A DNA stretch of 63,771 nucleotides, filler included. It is 14 parts of 14 records of this genome, joined end to end, with 100 filler letters (N's around TTAATTAATTAA, not from the genome) between each part and the next. Parts side by side here need not be neighbours in the genome. Positions count along the whole stretch, not along the records: positions 8,462 to 13,039 come from SRR15195285_9352; positions 13,140 to 16,762 come from SRR15195285_9358; positions 16,863 to 19,869 come from SRR15195285_9362; 11 more parts are not named here. One strand, 5' to 3'. The notes under the pieces are model-generated. The model had not been told where the DNA came from and ran no database searches. It saw only the letters and a program-made list of their open reading frames with translations. This document shows, piece by piece, positions 10,020 through 19,969 of this stretch. The translations under genes and the position numbers were made by a program. Numbering within the stretch: position 1 is the stretch's first letter; each line of letters begins with the position of its first letter.

Positions 10020-12841
10020 CTAGCGAAATGCTTCCGCGACGAACTCCAATCCACGAAGCACCTCCTCCGCCTTAGGGCGCGAACCCGGCGCTGAATCCCA
10101 GCACATTTTCACCCACGATTCGTATTCTTCGACGTTGCTTTGAGCCTCCTGCGCTGATCTGCTTCTGCCTGGTGCAGCTGCATTAGTGCTCTGTGTGGGC
10201 AAAGCTGGTCGCCGATTGTCAACACACACCTCTCGTATGTGTTGTAGTCGGCCCACTCTCCCACTACCTGGCTCTGCTGCCGTATAAATTTCCCACAGGA
10301 CAATCCCCATACCGTAAACATCGCCGCGGCAGAAGTCTTCTATCTCCCACCTGGAGCGCGGCCATTCCGCGACCTATGGTGCAGCGCGACGCGCAGAGCA
10401 CAAGCGACAGCACACGGACACAATTAGCCGACGAATTTCATTACTAGAAGCAGCAGGAGTTGCAAGCGGACAAAGAGGAGAAGGCATGCAAGCTTAGCGG
10501 TGCGTACGAGCCCGGCAGACTTACCGCTTCTCTCAATCCCGGCACTTGCGTATCCACGGTGCATTTTCCTGATGCATCTGGCTCAAACCAAGCGACTGGC
10601 ACAGTTGTAGCAAGCAGCTCCGGCGCCATCCACTCCGGTGTGCCGGCAGTCACACTGTCGATCTCATCCTCCGCCTCTAAGTTCAGGCCAAGCCCAGCGG
10701 CAGACATGGCAATGATGCCACCTAAGCCTGTCGCGCCAGCTGAGTCTGCTAATGCCGCTGCTTCCCTGTGTACGGCCGCCGTGAGGCTTTGGACGGCACT
10801 ACCAACTGCTCTGGCCGAGGTACGAGCTGCGGCAAAACGCGATCCCAGGTCAGATAGCGCCGCGCAAAGCATATAGAATCTATGGCTCTAGTCTTGCCGG
10901 TGGATTGATGCGGTTGATGGTTGCTAATCTGCAGCCTCAGTCCGTCTCGAGGCGCGCACCTGCTGCCACAACGTCCGAAGGCGACATAGCGCTGTCTCCA
11001 CCTCCAGCACTAGCGCTGCCTCCTGACAGCAAGCCAGCTACACTGCTTGTACTATTTGAATCTAGCTGTGCGTCCCCCAGGTCGGCAAGCTTTACCGTTC
11101 CGTCAGCCGCCACCAGGAAGTTGTGACTTTTCACGTCACGATGGGCCACCGCCCACCCTCGCCGACCGATACTTCCGCCTGCAGGGCCGTGTAGATGTGC
11201 TAGTGCACGCACAACGTCCTTCGCGTACCCGAGTCGCGTTGCATCGAGTCGAGGCAAGCTTTCAGGGCTACTGCAAGGTTCTAGGCCACCATCGCTGGAC
11301 TGAGCCTCACGCTCCTTGCGAAGGACATCATACAGGGAACCATGTGGACACCACTCTAGAAGCAAGCATAGTGACGGGTGACTGTCACAAACACCGATTA
11401 CTGTGACGACATTTCGGTGGGTGCAGCGATATAGAACCTCAGCTTCAGCGCGCATCTTCCTCCGAACGTTGGCGAAGTCATCCGTACGTTGATTGCGGTC
11501 GGCCCGCATTTTAACCTCCCCCGGTGCGTGCTCAAAGCAGCTGTCGCAGACTGCTTTCATTTTTGTGGCCGGTGGTACCAGTGCCTTGATTTCGTGTGTA
11601 TCCGAAGAGACCCAGCGATCCACTTCCAGCTCTTGTCGCCTACAGCTGCCGCACACTACCCAGCCACAGTAACGGCAGTGGTGCACCTTATTTATCATCG
11701 AGAAAGCGCTATTCTGACACTTGGAACCCAGCATGCACGTTGTGTGATCCTTGTGAGGTAGCCAGACTGGGTTAGCCCGCGCCTCGGCCGCTCGGTGCTT
11801 CAGCGCGATCCCCATGGCATCTGCCGACGTCACGCGTAGATCCAAACGGCCACCTTGATCATCGCTGTCATGATCAGACTGACCATCTCCATCCGGAATT
11901 TCCTCCACAGCATGTCCGTTCCAAATGAAGTCCTTGACAGCAAGTGGGATGGCTTTACCATCCAGCTGGATACTACCACGCATTACTTTACATGATGCGC
12001 CTGCTGCAATCTCTTCGCCGAGCTCGAAGTCTTCCATCGAGTACACGTTCAGCCCACCGCGCTTGGTGGGGGGTGCCGTCCGGCGCTTGGAGCGTCGGCG
12101 CACGCGCGCTGGGTCTGCGCCGCTGCAAGCATCAACAGAACACAAGACGCTGGATGAGCTTCCTACGCAACGGTCTTTGTAAGTACGCGAGGTTTTGAGC
12201 GCGTACTCCTTCAGCACGTGACCTTTCGCCGCTGCAATCTGCTGACGAGTCGCTCCGGGCCCTGGGTCACCAAGGAGCTGCATCTGGCCATTTGGATAGA
12301 CCTTTCCAACTACGGCGCTCGCCCAGCTGCCTAAAGTGACGCTATTGTACTCCACGAGGTCGCCAGGTCGGTACGCATCGATGCTGACCGAACGCTCGCG
12401 TCGCATCGACGACAGCTGCTCGGGCGCGCCCTGTAATCCACCGCTGCTATATTCAGCGGCACGGCGCGATCCTCGGTTGCTGGAGCCACTCTCGCGTTCA
12501 TCGGGGATGGGCTCCGGCTCCGGCTCCGGCTCCAGCATCAGCTCGGGTTCGGGGTCCGCCTCGTACTCGGCCACGCGCGAGAGCTTCAAGAAAGTCACAA
12601 AGTCTACGCGCCCGTCCTCCTCGAGACACTTTTGCGTCAGGCTGCGGACGGACGCAGCAGTCTCGTCGATCTGGCACAGCTCGAGCGCGATACCGAAGTC
12701 GTCCTCTGCGATCGAGTCCGTGCCATCGATCGTGCTCAGCTGCTTGAGCACTGCTTGCAGCTGCAACCACTGCTCATCCGGTAGCTGCAGCGCTGCAGAC
12801 CCAGCCCGCTGCCGCGGCGTGCGCGAGCCGGAGCGCGGCAT
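10020..12841 (-). CDS. TKL-like protein kinase with N-terminal EF-hand-like region and a FYVE zinc finger inserted in the kinase N-lobe; introns 12123..12206, 10827..10959, 10374..10524
   Basis: IAAGASCKV, LAVKDF, RAEAEVL, LLLEWCPHGSL, HRDVKSHNFL, KLADLG, GTPEWMAPE, DVYGMGIVLWE, CWDSAPGSRP. FYVE motif WLPH...C...C...KVHHCRYCGWVVCGSC...VCDSC. Confidence 0.85.
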
Positions 12842-13652
12842 CCAAACTCGCGCCTAGCTGTACAATTCCAGCGAGCGAGCAGCCACCTTCGCTCGCAGGG
12901 AGCGGCGCCACTGGCTGTCCTACACCGTGATCGACACCCGCGCGCGCGCAGCAGCAGCTGGCGGCACACAGAGCAGATCTAGAGCACCAGCTCCGTCCCA
13001 CAGCGTGCTCTAATGCGTGCTGGCCGCATATTCTGTATGNNNNNNNNNNNNNNNNNNNNNNNNNNNNNNNNNNNNNNNNNNNNTTAATTAATTAANNNNN
13101 NNNNNNNNNNNNNNNNNNNNNNNNNNNNNNNNNNNNNNNATCCCTCAATTGATCCCGGATATACCGTACATGTATCAATGGTGAATAGCATTATAGCAAT
13201 GCGTGAGCCAACGTGGGTGCCATCAATCTCTGGCCTGATGTTCGATACTACTACCGTAGTAGTACTAGTATACGGTACTCGGAGTACCGCGGTAGTTCAC
13301 GCCTGCATGCAGTGCATGGTGCAAGCGCTGCGCCAAGCACGGTGTACTGCGAGTACCGTGATCCGTGTACACTGGGATACCGATACTGTACCCGTGTAGG
13401 TGTACGGTACTACTACTAGTATAATAGCGTATCCCGCGGTATGCGTCCTCGCGCGCGCGTCCGTCGCGCCGACCTCGCGGTCGTCACGGGCCAGAAGCCT
13501 GCTGAGAACTAAACGCCGCGCAGCTCCACACACGGCAACCACCATCGCAGCAGGCCACGTGGAGTGACGCGATCAGCTAGGTCGGTCGAGCGTCTGCTCT
13601 GCTCGCATATCCTCAGTATACTGTAGCCGCCAGTGACGCACCGGCCGGACAA

Positions 13653-14995
13653 ATGGACACGGAGGCACCAGCAGAGAGGATTGCTGGTGATGTCGCAGTC
13701 CCACCGCACCCAGTGCCAGAGCCCAAGCCGGCGCTCGCCAGCGGCACGCCGCCAGCTAGCGGTGGGACGATCCCCTTCCGAACAATCACCTGGGGAGACG
13801 TCGGGGAGGGGATCAAAGCAGCGCTCAAGCCGGACGTTGAGCCCAAGGTCGTGGCGGGCAATGTGGTTTTTCTGCTGGTCATAGTCGCTCTGACGGTCTG
13901 CAAGGCCTGGTCGCTGGCTGCGTCTGGTCACTGCGGTAAGATTTTCCAGAACGTGAGTCTACACACAGCCACAGACGGTTGTGCCACGTCCGCCGTCGTG
14001 TCGGCCCGAGCTGCTCACAGAAATGAATGTGTCGTCGGCGCTCTCGCACAACAACAGACTGTCGCGTGCTCCGCTCGCCGTCTGCATGCTGCCCATATAG
14101 TTGATGGTGGTCGTCGGTGCGTCGTGTGCGTGTGTGTGCGTGTGCATGCGCGTGCGCAGATTACCGACCTCCTTATTTTCATCCTGATCGGGGGCTATTC
14201 GTTGTGGTTACTCCAGTTTCTGAAAGGGCAGCATCCACCAGAGGTCCAAAGTGCCTTCTCGATACCATCCCTGGTGGTATGTCCACTGCCCACGCACAAC
14301 TGCACTGAATAGACGCTCTGACACTCGCTGTTGCTGGCTGGCAGTATCACACAATTGTCGGCAACGCGGCTCCCTTAATGTGGGATGTCATGTCAAAGTT
14401 CACGCTGGCTTACTTCTTTAAGGTTCAGGCCTGGAAGCAGGCCCATCAGGATGGCCTATCGGGTCTAGACGTGGTGTTGCTCATTGTCCAGGCCCTTAGC
14501 TACCTCGCGCTCTGGATATCCATGACGGCGGTCGAAAACAGCTACAAGGGCATCAAGTTCATCTGCCTCGTCTCATCGCTTCAGATGCTGATCCACCTCC
14601 TCAGTTCGATCGCACAGCATGTGATTCTGGTTCTTAACCAGAACGACGTCTCCAACGTCTTGGCCGGCCAAGACCCAACCATGGACTGCACGTTTGGCAC
14701 GGGCGAGTACATTACGTCTCGGATTCTGTCGTTTGGCGCGTTCATCGCAGTCCGCTTGACCTGCTTCCAGTTTTTCGGCTTCAAGCGCAAAAGCCCGTAC
14801 CTTGCGTATTGTAAGGATATCAAGGAGACTGTGGACGCTCTGTCGTTCACGCCACAGAATGAAATCGACCGTGTCAAAGAGCAGGCACGGGCGGAGGAAA
14901 TCAATGGATTCGGTGGCTTGGCGTCGCCTGCAGGAGAGATACCAGCCGCCCTTAACCGGCTCGTCTCGCGTGAGGAACAACTACAGCGCCCTTGA
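13653..14995 (+). CDS. Uncharacterised multi-pass membrane protein; introns 13953..14159 and 14277..14344
   Basis: Several hydrophobic segments. GTGAGT..GCAG and GTATGT..GCAG introns join ORFs 13653..14312 and 14378..14995 in phase 0. Confidence 0.55.
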
Positions 14996-15373
14996 GGAAA
15001 CGAAACGAAATACCGATGCTCAGGACGGCCACATGCAATCAAAACAGATCAGCAAAGCTCTTACTTTCTCGCTCCCACTTATAATGTATTGCATATGCCA
15101 ACCTTCCACACACACGCCATATCTTGATAATCTCGCAGATTGCTTGTGCTCGCTCTCAGCTACGCGTACTTTGAGCCATGCTCGGTCGGCTGGCGGCTGT
15201 GTTGCAATGAACGCAACGCTCGCCTGGCGTGCCTCTGTTTGTTCTGGTTAAAATTGCATTATATCGAAAGCTTGCATTCATCTACAATCATAGCGACGTA
15301 CGTGCTACTCGCCCAAATACTTCCTCGGAGCAGTTCATCCAACTCACCGCCAATGTTGAAATCTGCTACAAAC

Positions 15374-16414
15374 TTAGATGAGCGAACCGGTCCGAGGCCT
15401 TTTGTGAGCAGGGCCAGTGGCCGTCGCACCGGTTGTGTTTGTGTCACGGCCGTATGGTACGCCCTGCGCATTGCAGCCACGCGTCGTGCGTACAAATCTG
15501 AAACCCTGCTCTCGCATGTTCACTACTATCTTAGCTGTGTTGCGCGCATCAACCAACCCAGAATGGGCCCGCCCGTCGAACGTTTGCCCGGTAGCCTCTA
15601 CACAGGCTTGCAAACCGCCGCGAGCCTCACGGCAATAATGTTGTGCATACAGGGGTTTTAGATTGACCCATGAACGAAACCACCAGGACCGAGCATGATG
15701 CAAACCCTTCCGCTCGCACTCGGTATACAACTGACTGCCCAAATCAGCGTCAGACCAGGTTACCAGCGCAAATCGCGGCCAATCTGGACCTGCTCGATTC
15801 TGTTCGCCACCCTCGGGTAATGAGGATGAAGCTATTGGCGGCAGTAGCTGCTGCTGCACAAGCCATTCGCGGTATTTTTCAAGCGCGATTTCTAGCCCAA
15901 TGAGCCCACTGTCAACTTGGGCCTGCGTGATCCCAGTTAGATCTTTGCAGAAATTTGTTAGGGCAGGGTTCCGCTCAGGTCGCACATAGAGCTGCACCTC
16001 GGCCACAATCTCGGAGATCCCACCTGGTTTCAGCCGTAGCAGCACCGACGGGAACTCAATAATCTCTGAGCCGCCAGCTAGTATGCCCGTATCGTCACAA
16101 GTCCACTCAAAATCCAGGACCACCAGGTAATCGAATTCTGGCAAGCTTAAGGACCGACGGCTTTGTTTCCTGGGCCGATCGTGCGCTTGGCTTCGCCGCA
16201 AGGGCCCCAACAGGTTCGCCGATGAGCCAGCCTGCGAAGTTGTTTGTTGAACTGGCGCTGCTATGCAACCTCCCGCCGTGGTACCTTGACTGGCGTGTAC
16301 CTCCGGGCCTGTGGATGCATGGGTCTCGCGACCAAGGCAGCTAGCTGCGTGTGACTCCACCAGCTTTTCATGAAAGGAGCGCTCGCAGAGTGGGCATGCC
16401 ACCAGCCGGCTCAT
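15374..16414 (-). CDS. ERI1/ERI2-family DEDDh 3'-5' exonuclease with N-terminal UBZ4-type zinc finger
   Basis: YLVVLDFEWTC, EIIEFPSV, YVRPERNPALTNFCKDLTGITQAQVD, FDGRAHSGLVDARNTA; N-terminal VACPLCERSF....VESHAASCL. Confidence 0.88.
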   Translation of the reverse strand: MSRLVACPLCERSFHEKLVESHAASCLGRETHASTGPEVHASQGTTAGGCIAAPVQQTTSQAGSSANLLGPLRRSQAHDRPRKQSRRSLSLPEFDYLVVLDFEWTCDDTGILAGGSEIIEFPSVLLRLKPGGISEIVAEVQLYVRPERNPALTNFCKDLTGITQAQVDSGLIGLEIALEKYREWLVQQQLLPPIASSSLPEGGEQNRAGPDWPRFALVTWSDADLGSQLYTECERKGLHHARSWWFRSWVNLKPLYAQHYCREARGGLQACVEATGQTFDGRAHSGLVDARNTAKIVVNMREQGFRFVRTTRGCNAQGVPYGRDTNTTGATATGPAHKRPRTGSLI

Positions 16415-16436
16415 CTCCTCTACTTTCTGTTTCTCG

Positions 16437-16484
16437 AGAAGCCAGAAAACAAGCGGCTCAGAAGCCAGAAAACAAGCGGCTCAG
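16437..16484. repeat. Perfect 2 x 23-bp tandem repeat just upstream of the ERI start codon
   Basis: AGAAGCCAGAAAACAAGCGGCTC at 16437..16459 and 16460..16482. Confidence 0.9.
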
Positions 16485-16862
16485 TCCTACCAGAGACGCA
16501 GGCCGCGAGCACAGCGCCAACCTCCGTCAAGAGCAGCGACGCGGATCCGTCGCGTGGCGGCCGCGGCGCGCGAGCGGCCGACGACGGAGCGCCCGCCAGC
16601 CAGCACGTTTATAGTGCCAACAGCCAGCCGCTACAACGATATTGGCGCTGCATCAATGCCGACGCCTCGGGCTCGAGACGAACCGTAGCGCGGACGCCGT
16701 CCGCTCGTCGACGTCGCCGCGATCACTCGCCAGCAGTCTCTGCGTGCATGCACTGCGATCCCNNNNNNNNNNNNNNNNNNNNNNNNNNNNNNNNNNNNNN
16801 NNNNNNTTAATTAATTAANNNNNNNNNNNNNNNNNNNNNNNNNNNNNNNNNNNNNNNNNNNN

Positions 16863-18350
16863 TGCCTTCCCTGGCAGCGTGGTGTGGCAAAGCGCCTACC
16901 CTGTCATCACCTACAACACCTGGAAGGCCTACGGCGACATGCAGCTGATTAGCCGCCACTGGGATGGACTGGTGGCGCTGTCGGACTACTGGTCGCGGCA
17001 GCCTTGCGCGCAGGACCACCAGAACCTCTGCGGTGGACTGGGGGATTGGGTGGACACAAGTTGGCCGGCTCGAACCACCGATGCACAGGTGTGTGTGAAG
17101 GCCCACAGGTCGCCCTTGCTCGCCTTGTCTGCCTCACAACTTCTCCGTCCACAAGGGCCCCCCTCACTGTCTATTTGTTCAACACGCGGTGTCTGCTGCA
17201 CCAACACCACTATCGGTCGTGTTGTTGACCGTGTGGTTATTCCTTGCGCAGGCCACCTCGTCATTCTACAACAGCCTCTCGGTGGCATACATGTCCGAGA
17301 TTGCGACAGCACTCGGCAGGGATGACGAGGCTGCGAAGTACGCGGCCCAGTTCGACACTATGACCACCGCCTACTACAGCTCCTGCAAGTCCTGCACAGC
17401 CTGGGCCAGCTGCTGTGGCGCCAAGCTGGAGAACAGCTCGCAGACCGCCTCGATCATGGCTCTGGCCCTCAACCTCGCTGCACCACCACTCTCTAAAACA
17501 CGCGGCCCTATTCCGGCAGGCATGGTCGGGGCGGTGGTGGGCAGCCTGGTCGAGAGTATCGCCTTGGCTGGCAACCACACATCCTCCGGTATTGTAGGCT
17601 CTACGTTCGTGTTTGACGTGCTGGTGGCTTATGGGCGGGGCGCGGTGGCGATAGAGATGCTGCTCAAAGACGATCAGCCGAGCTTTGGCTACATGATTTC
17701 TCAGGGGGCAACGACCCTGTGGGAGAATTGGCAGGGACAGCTTCCAGGAGGCGCGGTCGGGTCCAACAACCACGTGAGCGCAAACCCACACCCGAGTCGT
17801 CTACGACAGCCACGACATCGTACTGCAGCGATGCAGCGAACTGTGTATCAGGCTGGTAGCTAATTGGCTGCGTCGTCACTACTGCGCCCAGATAATGTTC
17901 GGTGGCAATGTCGGCACGATCACGTACCACGCGTTCGCAGGGCTGGCCAATGCCGGTGTGGCGTGGCGGTCGATCCGGATGCGCCCTCTCCCAGCCGCGA
18001 TCGAGCGACTTGGCCAAGCTAATGCCTCCGTGCTGACACCAAACGGCCTGGCTGCCATCAGCTGGCGCTGGCTTGAAAAGCGCGCGCTCGTCCTGAACGC
18101 GACAGTGCCCTCGGGCTCGACAGCCAAGATCATCGTGCCCGTGACACTATTCGGCGCGAGCAAGATCTCGAGTGTCACAGAGTCTGCGACGGTCGTGTGG
18201 AGCCATGGAAAGTACGCCGCGCCACCTGCTGCGGCGGCCTTCATGGACTTCACTCACGAGGTCTCGCCGCACGAGGCCCTGGCCTTCGTTGTCGGCTCTG
18301 GCAGGTTCGTGTTCGCTGTGGCATATGATGGACCGAGTGCAGCCGTATAG
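16863..18350 (+). CDS. Alpha-L-rhamnosidase (GH78), C-terminal part, 5'-truncated; introns ~17089..17250 and ~17773..17891
   Basis: GLGDWV, SQTASIMALAL, PSFGYMISQGATTLWENW, SNNH|IMFGG, TPNGLAAISWRW...LNATVPSGSTAKIIVP. Confidence 0.88.
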
Positions 18351-18423
18351 TATAGCAGCACGGAGTACAGCCGCACGGAGTCATACCGAATGACACTTTA
18401 TTCGTCAACGTTGTCAGCCTTGC

Positions 18424-19776
18424 TTACTCGTACTCGAGTGCGATGATAATGGACCCGGCATGATCCGCGTATTTGCAGTTAGTGCACGCGCAGGCGCCCT
18501 CGCCTTTCGCTGGGCATTTCGTGTACTCTGCGCAACCCTCATCCTGTGTCTCCAAGTTCACGGCGACATTGATGTGAGTCAGCTGGCCCACGGTGTTGAA
18601 GTGCAGGTTTGGGCGCTCCATCGTGCTGTAGCTGTGGGTCGTGCCATCCTCGTAACGAACCTCATGTGTGTACCTACTCCAGCCAATATGCGATGTCAGC
18701 CTCTTATTGTGGAGAAAGTTCCTTCAATACATACGAATGATTCACCGGAGCAGGTACGGATATACGTCAGGCTTGACCATGTGCCAGTCCTTCCCATCTT
18801 TGGAGAATATATGAGCGGACAGTGTCGAGTTACTGCAATTCTTGTACTGCCGGGTGTCAAATGCGTGGTTGATGATGTGCCAGTTTCCCTTGCTATCGAT
18901 GTACATGACTGGAAGCAAAGGCACCAAGCGGGGAGGAAGCACCAGCATCTGTGAGATCTGTTTAGCCTGCAGCTCTCAACTACAGGCGCATTGCACTATC
19001 AATGCGTGGTTTCACTACTCACAGGGGTCCTCTTGATGCACGCCCGGACCACCCCCAGTGTGGACATATCCAGAGAGTTTCGGCGTAATACTTGAGTAGT
19101 GTGTCCATGGCTGTCCAAGCTTCGACGTCGTGACCACCTCTGTAGTAGTTTGAGTCGTTGCATACCACACACCGTTGAATCGAAGTGGGGCGGGGTTGCC
19201 ACCAGGTGAGTCTCCGATCGAATCAGCAAATGGACCGTCAGGGTTGGACGCAACCCGGACGCCCTTCGCAAATAGCGCGAAGTTGTTATCGCCACTTTCG
19301 TCAGTGTACTGCACCGCTGCTGGGTTTGAGCCCATATTTGGCCACTCTTCCCATCTGTACGGACCAGTAATGTTGGTGGCAACACCGTGCAGCATGGCCG
19401 TGGTCTGGATCAGCGACCCCTTTTTGTACAGTGGATTGTACATGTGGTACTTCCCGTTTACAGGGCCGACAATAGGCCCGTTCCAGGTGTTGAGGGCGTC
19501 ACAAGTGTAGTGCGGTGGGTTGACGCAGGGCTTCAGCGGCCCTGCCGTGTTATTGAACGGGTATAGATCTTTGGCCGAGAGCGGCTGGTTTCGCTTGTAC
19601 TGGAGCACACCACATGCGCGGCCACCCCAAGGCTTGTCACAATGGCAGGTGCCATCGGTGCAGACGCCGTTCAGCGAGCAGTCGAGCTCCGTCTTGCAAG
19701 GCGTCGTGGCTACAGCTGGTGGCTGGCATGAAAAAGCCAGCATCATGAGTGCGCAAGCCCACGCGCGTGCACCCAT
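18424..19776 (-). CDS. Secreted EGF-like + five-bladed beta-propeller glycoside hydrolase-like protein (GH43/62/32/68/117/130 superfamily); two introns
   Basis: Signal peptide, CKTELDCSLNGVCTDGTCHCDKPWGGRAC, TWNGPI, ATNITGPY, spliced QEDPFMYIDSKGNWHIINH, FSKDGKDW, MERPNLHF. Confidence 0.65.
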
Positions 19777-19969
19777 TCTCTCGCCTGGCACGCGTGTCGG
19801 TAGCAGCGCAGCGCGATCGCGAGGGCGCGCGCGCGGCGCCGCACGAGCAGTCAATAACTGGGCGTAATTNNNNNNNNNNNNNNNNNNNNNNNNNNNNNNN
19901 NNNNNNNNNNNNNTTAATTAATTAANNNNNNNNNNNNNNNNNNNNNNNNNNNNNNNNNNNNNNNNNNNN

